A DNA stretch of 33,578 bases from Candidatus Eiseniibacteriota bacterium (GTDB taxonomy: Bacteria; Arandabacterota; Arandabacteria; Arandabacterales; Arandabacteraceae): contig JBDRNT010000011.1 in NCBI GenBank assembly GCA_043810925.1, forward strand, positions 1 through 33,578, given 5' to 3'. Below are positions 17,877-26,146 of the stretch, one piece after another. Position numbers and translations under genes: made by a program. The stretch's first letter is position 1; every line of letters begins with the position of its first letter. The notes beneath the pieces are model-generated. The model did not search any database, was not told where the DNA came from, and worked only from the letters and a program-made list of their open reading frames with translations.

Positions 17877-18854
17877 CTAGTAGTAATGCACCTTCTTTTC
17901 GATCAGTCTCCGCTGTACGAGCGTGAGCGTAAGCACGATGGCAAAAAGCACCAGCGCAACGCAACTGGCGTAACCCATGTCTCCGCCCGATTCAAATGCT
18001 TTCTCAAAAATGTAATAGACAAGCACCTTGGTTGTGCCGAGCGGCCCGCCTACGGGTGATCCGGTCATCAGATATACGAGCGTAAAGACCTGGAAGGATA
18101 CAATGGTGGTCATGATCACGACATAGAAGGTCGTAGGCGAGATCAGCGGCCAGGTTATCTTCCAGAACGTCTGGGTACGCCCCGCACCGTCTATCTTGGC
18201 CGCTTCGTAGTACTCGTTGGGTATGTTCTGGAGCCCCGCAAGGAATATCACGATGTTATACCCTATCCCCCTCCACAGGTTGGTTATCGTAATCGCAACC
18301 AGCGCAAGGCTGGGGCCGCCCATCCAGGAGGGCAGAGACAGTCCTACTCGTCCTGCCAGAAGCGAGAAGATCCCCTCCGGTTCCTCAAGCCACATCAGCG
18401 GGTTAAGCCCGATCAGGCTTACAAAGGAATTCAGGAGACCCAGCCTGGGGTGGTAGATCCATTTCCACACGATCGCCACCGCTACGAGCGACGTTACCAC
18501 GGGAAGGAAATAGATGGTCCTGTATGCCCCCAGGGCCTTGATCTTCTGGTTTAAGAGGATGGCAATGAAAAGCGACAGGAAAAGACTCACCGGGACCGTT
18601 CCGATTACGAAATAGGAGGTGTTGACAAGCGAATTCCAGAACTCACTGTCGGAGAGTAGCATCCAGTACTGGGAAAGGCCGGCGAAGCCGACGATCTTCC
18701 CCATCATCACGTAGTAGAAACTGACTGTAAATGCGGCGATGATCGGGAGCACCCGGAAAACAACTATGATCGTCCCGGCAGGAGCTATATAGGCAAGGGC
18801 ACGCAGTAAGTTCCCCAATCGCTTGGTCCTTGCCTGGCTTCCGGGACTACTCAA
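17877..18854 (-). CDS. CUT1 ABC transporter permease (MalF/UgpA-like)
   Basis: RTIYFLPVVTS, FLAGLQNIPNEYYEAAKIDGA and FWKITWPLISP. Probable TTG start at 18854 after AAGGAG (the ORF track gives 18908). Confidence 0.92.
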   Translation of the reverse strand: MSSPGSQARTKRLGNLLRALAYIAPAGTIIVVFRVLPIIAAFTVSFYYVMMGKIVGFAGLSQYWMLLSDSEFWNSLVNTSYFVIGTVPVSLFLSLFIAILLNQKIKALGAYRTIYFLPVVTSLVAVAIVWKWIYHPRLGLLNSFVSLIGLNPLMWLEEPEGIFSLLAGRVGLSLPSWMGGPSLALVAITITNLWRGIGYNIVIFLAGLQNIPNEYYEAAKIDGAGRTQTFWKITWPLISPTTFYVVIMTTIVSFQVFTLVYLMTGSPVGGPLGTTKVLVYYIFEKAFESGGDMGYASCVALVLFAIVLTLTLVQRRLIEKKVHYY

Positions 18855-18876
18855 CGGGGCCTTGCTCCTTGGCAAA

Positions 18877-20130
18877 TCATTTCCAGGTCCACACAGTGAA
18901 AGTCTCACCGTCTGTGGTGACGCTCACATGTCCATCCTGCGCCTCATCGGTCCTGCCGGCGTTTCTGTAGGCCCTGTCTGAGACGAAGTAATCCACATTA
19001 TACTCTCTGAGCAGGTTTATCACGGACTGGTCAAACACACCAGGGTTTTCCTCAAGCGAGTTGGGAATCAGCCCGACACGCGGCGTCGCGACTGCAAGGA
19101 ACTCCTCAGAGCTTGCGTCATTATTGGCGTGGTGGCCTACCTTGAGAACATCACAGTCCAGCTCGCTGCCGTAGGTCTTGAGCATCCGCTGCTCGACAAA
19201 TGCCTCAGCATCAGCGTTCAGCATGATATCAACCTGGCCGTAGGACACCTTGATCACGGGTGAATCACAGTTGGTCGGGTCACCGTCCTGCTCCGGCGCG
19301 AAGAGGCGGCCGGCCCCTGCGCTAAAGACCTTTACGCGCACTCCATGCTCCTCATCCCACCTGAGAAAGTCGGTATTCGCGTTTGTCTGCCCCTCAATCA
19401 GGCTGTCCACAGGCACACCCGCTTCCGCCAGCTTGGCGCCGAGAGTCTCAAGCACGCGTGAGTACGGCATGGCCGGAGTCAGGAGTGTCGTATTGGTGTA
19501 GAACCCGAGAAGATTCAGGAAACCACCGTAGTGGTCCCCATGATTGTGCGTTGCGATCATGTAGTCTATGCCCGCGGGCCGCGGGACGCCACGGGTGTCA
19601 AGGAAGCCGAACACGTCGTTAGAATGAGGAAAGTCCCCCAGGTTGCCATAGCCGGCATCCACGATCACGTTTGTGCCGCCCGGAAACTCAAGAAAATGGC
19701 AGTCTCCCCAGCCCACGTCCACCATGGTGTACACCAGGTTCTCCGTCTCGGGGGTTTCCTCAACAAGGAAGATCATCTCATCACCGGTTGATGTGTTGCC
19801 CGCACGGTCGGTAGCCACTATCCTCATACGGTACTCGGTCGGACCGACATCTATAAGGTCAACATAATGGCTCCTGCCGCCATCGGAGACATGATAGCCA
19901 TGGTGATCATAGACACCTGTGCGTGTGCCGTAGAGAAGTACGCAAGTGGCGTCTTCGTTGGTTGTCCAGGACACCCGCCCATTGCTCTCGCTGGCCGATG
20001 GAACCCACGGCGCAGTAGTATCAGGTTCGAAAACAGAGGTGTCCTTTTCGGCACACCCGCCAAGTATGAAGCATGCAACGATGACCAGGAGCCCCACGAA
20101 CCTCAATCTCGCATCAAACCGCATCACCAA
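18877..20130 (-). CDS. Lipoprotein: FN3-like domain plus ComEC/Rec2-type metallo-beta-lactamase-fold hydrolase
   Basis: Lipobox LGGC. FN3-like VSWTTNE...YG...H.V.L. MBL motifs DVGWGD, VDAG, THNHGDHYGG, NADAE and LKVGHHA. No ComEC membrane domain. Confidence 0.85.
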   Translation of the reverse strand: MVMRFDARLRFVGLLVIVACFILGGCAEKDTSVFEPDTTAPWVPSASESNGRVSWTTNEDATCVLLYGTRTGVYDHHGYHVSDGGRSHYVDLIDVGPTEYRMRIVATDRAGNTSTGDEMIFLVEETPETENLVYTMVDVGWGDCHFLEFPGGTNVIVDAGYGNLGDFPHSNDVFGFLDTRGVPRPAGIDYMIATHNHGDHYGGFLNLLGFYTNTTLLTPAMPYSRVLETLGAKLAEAGVPVDSLIEGQTNANTDFLRWDEEHGVRVKVFSAGAGRLFAPEQDGDPTNCDSPVIKVSYGQVDIMLNADAEAFVEQRMLKTYGSELDCDVLKVGHHANNDASSEEFLAVATPRVGLIPNSLEENPGVFDQSVINLLREYNVDYFVSDRAYRNAGRTDEAQDGHVSVTTDGETFTVWTWK

Positions 20131-20156
20131 TCCCCCTCTCTTTGGAGCTGTCCCTC

Positions 20157-20188
20157 TTGACTATGGCCCAAAGCCCCCCTAAAATCAA
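20157..20188. promoter_or_regulatory. Overlapping divergent sigma70-like promoters
   Basis: Plus strand: TTGACT (20157-62)-17 bp-TAAAAT (20180-85). Minus strand: TTGATT (20188-83)-17 bp-CATAGT (20165-60). Confidence 0.5.
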
Positions 20189-20221
20189 TTGAAAAGTTGG
20201 ATTCCTGATGAAGGAGGAAAC

Positions 20222-22921
20222 ATGGTCTCTGTATCCAAGCGTGCCGCAGCGGCAGCGCTCCTTGCAGTGCCGCTATTGGTGGTACCCACGGCGATGCTCT
20301 ATGCCGCCAGGTCGGTAGTACTCGAAAACGGTCTTCAGGTGATAGCAGAACAGATGCGTGTATCGCCCCTGGTTGCGGTATCGGTCATGTACAGGGTGGG
20401 GTCACGAAACGAGGTCACCGGAAAGACGGGGGTTTCGCATTTCGTAGAACATATGCTCTTCAATGGGACGGAGAAATACCCCGAAGATGCGGCCGGCAAG
20501 GAGATCCTGAAAAGCGGAGGGATTCCGGCCGGTGAGACCTACTGGGATTACACCCATTTCGGCGGAGTGATGCCGAGCGACAAGGTTGACAACCTTCTCG
20601 ACATCGAGGCGGACCGCATGGCGAACGCCATTGTTGACTCGCAGGGTGTGGAAGACGAGCGGGACATAATACTGGAAGAACTGGCAATGAGGGGTGAGGC
20701 CCCCATTATGGTCATGCTGGAAGATCTGTTTGCTACGGCCTTTAAGATCCACCCATACCACCACTGGTGGCCGGGCGGTTACTTCACCGATGTCGATCAT
20801 ATGGAAGCCGAATATGTGCGTGAGTTCTACGAAACCTATTACCGGCCCGCCAACGCGGTTGTATCTGTCGTGGGTAATATAGATGAAGAGGAGGCCATCG
20901 AAAAGGTCAGGCAACACTTCGAGGGCATCCAGGGCGGGCACCCTCCGGCGTGGACACCGCCGGCAGAGCCGAGGCAGCAAGGCTTGAGACGGGCCACCGT
21001 CCGTGGAGACGCCTCAGAGGGACGGATAATGGTCTTTTTCAAGGGGCCCGCATATGGAACCAGGGATTTTGAGGTGGGTACAGCGCTGTCGACCTTACTT
21101 GGAGGTGGTAGGTCGAGTGTGCTCACCCGGGAGGTGGTCGATGCCGGCATGGCCACTGAGGCGGCCCTTGTTCAGATCCCGACCATGGACCCATTCGGGT
21201 TCCTGCTCATAACGTCGGTTGAAGAGGGCGGTGACCTTAAGGCCAGCGAGAAGGCAATCTATGACGCCATCGAGGGATTCAAGGCCGGCGTTCCGGATGA
21301 GGACAGAGTGAGAATGGCGAAAACCAGGATCGAAGGAATGACCGTTCTCAGCCGCCAGACGCCCCGTGCAAGGGCCTTCGAGCTTGCCTCTGCAGCCGCT
21401 ATGGGCGATTGGACATACGCCGACAATGTCCTCGCAAACTTAAAGTCGGTAACACCCGAGGAAGTCGCTGAGGTCGCCCGTGAATATCTGGACTGGGAGA
21501 CGGCCACAATCGGGTGGCTGATACCCCGGGCATCGAAGCTCGAAGTAGATGACCTGATAGGCCTTGCACCACCTGTCGTGGCGCCGGCCTGCGGCCTGAT
21601 GGACGAGTCCGCATTCGCTTCGGCGGGTTTCGCCATGACTTTCGCGGATGCAGTCTTAGAGGAGCTGCCCAATGGTGTAAGAGTGATTCTCAAGGAGGAT
21701 CATACTCTTCCCGTGGTCGGCGTAAGAGCATACACGCTTGCCGGATCAGCGTACGAACCGCCCGGCAAATCGGGGCTGGCCAGGCTTACAGCCAAGACGC
21801 TGGCAATGGGATCGAGCGACTTCCCGTATGAGTACCTCTATGAAAAGATCGAGAGCCTTGGCAGTGATGTATCGGCGAGCACCGACATCGAGCGGGCCTA
21901 CCTGGGAACATCGGTGCTGTCCGCGTACGCTGACGAAGCCTGCCACATCATCTGTGATCTCCTCACCTCACCGTCCTTCAGATCAAAGGACTTTGAGCGC
22001 GCCAGGCGGGAGCTTCTCTCGGATATCAGCCAGATTGAGGAGGATGCTGCGGACCTGGGTCTGATCAAGTTCCGAGAGTACTTCTACTCCGGGCATCCGT
22101 ACTCAAACCCGGAGGCGGGGTCCAGGGTGGAAGCCGGGGGCCTCGGGGTACGGGATGTAAAGACCTTCTACTCAAAGCAATGGTCCCCGCGGGGGACGGT
22201 TGTGGCTGTGGTCGGGGATTTCGACACGCCTGAAATGCTTGCGACTCTGCGAACTCATCTTTCAGGATGGGAGAGCAAGGGCACTCCGAATTTTGACATC
22301 TCCCCTACTCATGTTGAGCCCGGTTTCTCTCAGTACGTGGAGACGTTGCCTCAGAAGAGGCAGATCAAAATCTATTGGGGAATGCAGGGCCCGGGTATGA
22401 AGGACCCGGACTTCGAGGCTTTTCAGGTGATGAACTTCATCTTCGGCGCCGGCGCATTCGGCTCGCGGCTCTTCGACAGAATCCGAGAGGATGAGGCGCT
22501 GGCCTACGTGGTCAATTCAGCGGTCGACGTCACAAGCCGACCGGGTGCAATGTACATCCATCTCGGGACGAGACCCAAGAATGTGGGTGCCGCAATCAAA
22601 GCCGTCAGGGAAGAGGTCGAGAAAATGTCGAGTGAGGATGTCACTGACGAAGAGATGGAACTGACGAAGAACTTTCTCAAGTCCATCCTTCCCTTCAGGA
22701 TGCAGACATACTCCCAGATAGCGGCACAGCTGGGGGACCTCGTTTTCTTCGATCTCCCGATGGACTACTACGACACGCAGGCCGACAGGTTCGAGAAGAT
22801 CACCAAGCAGGATGTCCTCGACGCAGCCGGGAAGTATCTTGATCTCGACAACTCCTGCATGGTCATAGTGGGCGCGGTCGACGAGAACCTCAAACCGGTC
22901 AAACCATCCTATGGAAGGTGA
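20222..22921 (+). CDS. Secreted M16 (pitrilysin/PqqL-like) zinc peptidase, fused active + inactive halves
   Basis: Inverzincin motif HFVEH in VGSRNE..GKTGVSHFVEHMLFNGT. The second half (LPNGVRVIL..AGS..EP.GK.GLA) lacks HxxEH and contains SRLFDRIRE..LAY. ATG at 20222 after AGGAGG; signal peptide present. Confidence 0.93.
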   Translation: MVSVSKRAAAAALLAVPLLVVPTAMLYAARSVVLENGLQVIAEQMRVSPLVAVSVMYRVGSRNEVTGKTGVSHFVEHMLFNGTEKYPEDAAGKEILKSGGIPAGETYWDYTHFGGVMPSDKVDNLLDIEADRMANAIVDSQGVEDERDIILEELAMRGEAPIMVMLEDLFATAFKIHPYHHWWPGGYFTDVDHMEAEYVREFYETYYRPANAVVSVVGNIDEEEAIEKVRQHFEGIQGGHPPAWTPPAEPRQQGLRRATVRGDASEGRIMVFFKGPAYGTRDFEVGTALSTLLGGGRSSVLTREVVDAGMATEAALVQIPTMDPFGFLLITSVEEGGDLKASEKAIYDAIEGFKAGVPDEDRVRMAKTRIEGMTVLSRQTPRARAFELASAAAMGDWTYADNVLANLKSVTPEEVAEVAREYLDWETATIGWLIPRASKLEVDDLIGLAPPVVAPACGLMDESAFASAGFAMTFADAVLEELPNGVRVILKEDHTLPVVGVRAYTLAGSAYEPPGKSGLARLTAKTLAMGSSDFPYEYLYEKIESLGSDVSASTDIERAYLGTSVLSAYADEACHIICDLLTSPSFRSKDFERARRELLSDISQIEEDAADLGLIKFREYFYSGHPYSNPEAGSRVEAGGLGVRDVKTFYSKQWSPRGTVVAVVGDFDTPEMLATLRTHLSGWESKGTPNFDISPTHVEPGFSQYVETLPQKRQIKIYWGMQGPGMKDPDFEAFQVMNFIFGAGAFGSRLFDRIREDEALAYVVNSAVDVTSRPGAMYIHLGTRPKNVGAAIKAVREEVEKMSSEDVTDEEMELTKNFLKSILPFRMQTYSQIAAQLGDLVFFDLPMDYYDTQADRFEKITKQDVLDAAGKYLDLDNSCMVIVGAVDENLKPVKPSYGR

Positions 22922-22977
22922 ACGAGCCGGCGTGGCAATCCGGCCTGAAGGGGTCGTTGTGAGGCTCGGGAGGAGCC

Positions 22978-23715
22978 GTGGCAATCCATAGAAATCGCAT
23001 CGCTTCGCCCGCGATGACGATGCGACGTAAAGGATGGCAGCTGGCACTTGCGGGGATACTCCTGCTTGCCGGATGTCACTCCGCGCTTTTCCAGACGGCC
23101 AAGATAAGGAACGGCACGAATGCAACATTGGGGATCACAAAAATAGACGCCGCCGAAAACCCCGATATATCGGATTACTCGATCTTCATAAAAGGCGAAG
23201 TCGGCAGGGAAGCACGACGGTCCCGACCAGGTTACAGTCTCGGTCTGACGTTCGTGGTACCGGTAAGAAACAGGTACCGCAGTACATTCACAAGCCGTGA
23301 TCGCGAGATTGAGATGTTCCCCAATGAATGGGCGGGTATCTTCCCGGAGTTCAAGTTTCAGATGCCGCGGGTTCTGCCGGTTGACGCTGCTGCTGATTTC
23401 AGGTTTATCGGGTATCTGCCCGAGAGAGCGGCGTTGCTTCTGAGCTACGATCTCGTGGATTTTGTCACCCTCTACGGGAGCCTGTCATACAACGTTGCGG
23501 TCGCTCCGCAGATGGCCCTGGGTACCGAGGTGACCTTCACCCGGAGGTTTTCGGTGCTCTTCGAATACGCATCGTGGCTTGCCGACCACGACTATCCGGA
23601 TGACTTTACCGGTTCGGTCATGAAGCGTCCGTACTCGGTAGGGATCGCCGTGGCGTACAATTGGCCCAGAGCCATAGAGCCATACGACTCCCGCAGATTC
23701 ACCTCCGTCCCCTAA
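22978..23715 (+). CDS. Hypothetical lipoprotein, beta-strand rich (possible outer-membrane protein)
   Basis: Lipobox LLAGC followed by FQTAK. GTG start after GGAGGAG, with alternative ATGs at 23014 and 23020. Confidence 0.65.
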   Translation: MAIHRNRIASPAMTMRRKGWQLALAGILLLAGCHSALFQTAKIRNGTNATLGITKIDAAENPDISDYSIFIKGEVGREARRSRPGYSLGLTFVVPVRNRYRSTFTSRDREIEMFPNEWAGIFPEFKFQMPRVLPVDAAADFRFIGYLPERAALLLSYDLVDFVTLYGSLSYNVAVAPQMALGTEVTFTRRFSVLFEYASWLADHDYPDDFTGSVMKRPYSVGIAVAYNWPRAIEPYDSRRFTSVP

Positions 23716-23732
23716 CCCCCATCGGAGCCCTC

Positions 23733-23760
23733 GGGGTCAGATCTTGAAATCGAGCGTTTT
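23733..23760 (+). repeat. Solo copy of the GGGGTCAG repeat end
   Basis: GGGGTCAGATCTTGAAATCGAGCGTTTT is 26/28 identical to 4997-5024. Confidence 0.8.
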
Positions 23761-23868
23761 CCGCGGTGGTTGACGAGGTGCTTCAAGTGGATTTTGCTTC
23801 CATTTCGCGGTGTCCCGGCATACAATCAGTGAGATTGAGATGACCACAGTGTCGAGACAAGGGGTATC

Positions 23869-24354
23869 GTGATGAGCGCATTTAAGATTGTACCTCTGGA
23901 GGATCAGTATCGGATGTGGGCCAAGAAACTGATTGAGGATAACTGGGGTTCAACGAAGATCGTGACACGGGGCAAGGTCCACGACACAGCGGAGCTCCCC
24001 GGGTTCGTGGGGATATGGCGGCACGGGCCTGCCGGGCTTGTCACGTATCGTATCGACGGCGACCAGTGTGAGATCACAAGCCTCGACAGCATCGTTGAGG
24101 GTGTCGGTATCGCGACCGCACTTATCGATGCCGTGCGAGAGGTCGCGATCGAGAAGAAGTGCAAGCGGCTCTGGCTGATCACTACTAACGACAACCAGGC
24201 AGCCGTGGACTTCTATCAGGGCCGTGGATTCGAGGTGGCTGCAGTCCACAAGGATGCGCTCGTGGAGACCCGGCGACTCAAACCGGAACTCCCTCAAACC
24301 GGAATCGACGGGATTCCCCTTAAAGATGAGATAGAGCTCCAGTCGACGCTGTAA
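23869..24354 (+). CDS. GNAT family N-acetyltransferase
   Basis: EITSLDS..EGVGIATALI (motif A) and LWLITTNDNQAAVDFYQGRGF. Confidence 0.9.
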   Translation: MMSAFKIVPLEDQYRMWAKKLIEDNWGSTKIVTRGKVHDTAELPGFVGIWRHGPAGLVTYRIDGDQCEITSLDSIVEGVGIATALIDAVREVAIEKKCKRLWLITTNDNQAAVDFYQGRGFEVAAVHKDALVETRRLKPELPQTGIDGIPLKDEIELQSTL

Positions 24355-24406
24355 CCGCAAGACCGACCGGAGTTCCACCACCCGGGTCGCTTACAGGAGA
24401 CGGAAG

Positions 24407-25255
24407 ATGCCTCCAGTCAAGGTACGCGACATGAACCAGGATGATGAGTACTTTGTAAGCACCTGTACACATATCAACGAGACGGATGAGATTGACGCCT
24501 GCGCACGAACGCGTCTCGCGTGGCTCAAAGGCATGCATGCAAAGGGATTGAGAGCGAAAGTCGCAGTCATGGACGGCGATCACGCCGGTTTCATCTATGT
24601 CATGCCTATAGAAGTATCACCCTGGGGACCGGTCGGGAAGGACCTGCTGGCAATCACCTGTCTCTTTGTGAAGGAAGACCTGAAGGGCCGGGGTGCGGGA
24701 CGGGCCCTGCTTAAGGCCGCTGAGGACGAAGCCCGTCACCAGGGTAAGAAGGCCCTGGTTGTGACGGGTTACTACCATGACTTCTGGTTCATGCCGGCAA
24801 AGTACTTCGATGAGTCCGGTTTCACGCTTGTCGCGGCCATAGCCGGTGACGGCAATCCGATCAGTGAAGGAAGGCTCAAGGACAGTGACATCCTCAAGGG
24901 CGAGGCTATCTTGTGGAAGGTCCTGGACCCATCTGCCGAAGCCCCGGACTTCCTCCGGAGGAACTGCGAATTCCGGCGGGTGCAGGGCAAAGTCGTGGTC
25001 GACCTCTTCTACAATACATTCTGCCAGACAAGCAATATCGAAGCCCGGCGGGTCCGGGAGGTTGTCTGTGAATTCGAGGATCGGGTGAGACTCAACGAGT
25101 ATCCGGCCGAAGACAGCACGGCTCTTATGTCTCACCAGACACCTCGCGGCATCTTTGTCGATGGTAAGGAAATATCCTGGGGCTACGAGGCTCCCAGAGA
25201 CGGCATCCGCGAAGCAGTTTCGGAGGCCCTGCGGCGTGGCGCGGATAAGGCCTAA
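24407..25255 (+). CDS. GNAT family N-acetyltransferase with C-terminal thioredoxin-like (YoaP-like) domain
   Basis: ITCLFV.EDLKGRGAGRALL (acetyl-CoA motif) and a C-terminal FYNTFCQT...GIFVDGKEI. Confidence 0.8.
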   Translation: MPPVKVRDMNQDDEYFVSTCTHINETDEIDACARTRLAWLKGMHAKGLRAKVAVMDGDHAGFIYVMPIEVSPWGPVGKDLLAITCLFVKEDLKGRGAGRALLKAAEDEARHQGKKALVVTGYYHDFWFMPAKYFDESGFTLVAAIAGDGNPISEGRLKDSDILKGEAILWKVLDPSAEAPDFLRRNCEFRRVQGKVVVDLFYNTFCQTSNIEARRVREVVCEFEDRVRLNEYPAEDSTALMSHQTPRGIFVDGKEISWGYEAPRDGIREAVSEALRRGADKA

Positions 25256-25260
25256 TCCCT

Positions 25261-25289
25261 TTGACTTTGGGTCGCCCGTGGGATAGCCT
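25261..25289 (+). promoter_or_regulatory. Putative sigma70 promoter for cupin/EIIA
   Basis: TTGACT-17 bp-TAGCCT in the intergenic gap. Confidence 0.35.
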
Positions 25290-25324
25290 CTTCAGAAGGA
25301 ATCATCCTATCAGGAGGTAGACAC

Positions 25325-25663
25325 ATGGTAGTGGGCAGGGTCGGCGATGTGGCTCCGGCTGAGATACTCGAAAAGGGCATAAAAGGCGTCGGCATGAAAG
25401 TCCTGATATCAGACATGGACGGTGCGCCCAACTTCGTGATGCGGGTCTTTGACATCGAACCCGGTGGGAACACGCCTTACCATACTCATGATTGGGAACA
25501 CGAGATCTATGTGGTCGAGGGCACAGGAGCCGTCAAACAGGGAGACGAGGAACACCCTCTTGAGAAGGATTCATTTGCGCTGATAGTCCCGGGCGAGGAG
25601 CATCAGTTCCTTAACAAGGGAGAAGGGGTATTCCGGTTCATTTGCGTTGTTCCCAAACTGTAG
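25325..25663 (+). CDS. Cupin domain protein
   Basis: PGGNTPYHTHDWEHEIYVVEG...PGEEHQF metal-binding cupin motifs. SD AGGAGGT. Confidence 0.9.
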   Translation: MVVGRVGDVAPAEILEKGIKGVGMKVLISDMDGAPNFVMRVFDIEPGGNTPYHTHDWEHEIYVVEGTGAVKQGDEEHPLEKDSFALIVPGEEHQFLNKGEGVFRFICVVPKL

Positions 25664-25690
25664 CGAACCGGACGGACGGCGGAGAAGGAC

Positions 25691-26140
25691 ATGAAAATCT
25701 CGAGCATGGTAGTCCCCGAGAGAATCATAGATCTGAAGTCACGTACCAAGAACGAAGTCTTAAGAGAGCTCTTCCGTGTCCTTGAGAAGGCCCCCGAGAT
25801 CACCGACGGGAAGGATCTCGAGCAATCGATCATCGAACGGGAGAATGTCCTCACAACGGGTATAGGTTTTGAGATTGCAATTCCCCATGTCCAGCTTCAT
25901 TCGGTCAGCAACTTCGTGATGGCCATTGGAAGGTGCGAGGAAGGCATCGATTTCGATTCCCTCGACGGTAAACCCGTCAGACTGGTCATCATGATAGCCT
26001 CATCCGACAAGCAGGCACGCAATGAATTCCTCAAGGTGCTCGGAAAGGCGGTTCTGCTCTTTAAGGACGAGTCATTCCGTAAGAAGGTCCTCCGGGCATC
26101 GACTCCGGAGCAGGTGATGGCGGTTCTCAGGGGCAGCTAG
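25691..26140 (+). CDS. PTS EIIA domain protein (Ntr/fructose type)
   Basis: ERENVLTTGIG.EIAIPH (phospho-His) and GIDFDSLDGKPVRLV. Confidence 0.9.
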   Translation: MKISSMVVPERIIDLKSRTKNEVLRELFRVLEKAPEITDGKDLEQSIIERENVLTTGIGFEIAIPHVQLHSVSNFVMAIGRCEEGIDFDSLDGKPVRLVIMIASSDKQARNEFLKVLGKAVLLFKDESFRKKVLRASTPEQVMAVLRGS

Positions 26141-26146
26141 CCCGCA

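Noticed and set aside
14678-17926. Long plus-strand ORFs 14678-15628 and 16823-17926
   Set aside because: Antisense to well-supported genes, with no recognisable domains.
8336-20130. Natural competence operon (ComEA + ComEC labels)
   Set aside because: No ComEC membrane channel, pilins, secretin, ComF or DprA here, and the linked nucleotidase and ABC importer favour catabolism. A role in competence cannot be fully excluded.
22924-22988. Short direct repeat CGTGGCAATCC twice between the M16 and lipoprotein genes
   Set aside because: Only two 11-bp copies, one overlapping a start codon; insufficient evidence of function.
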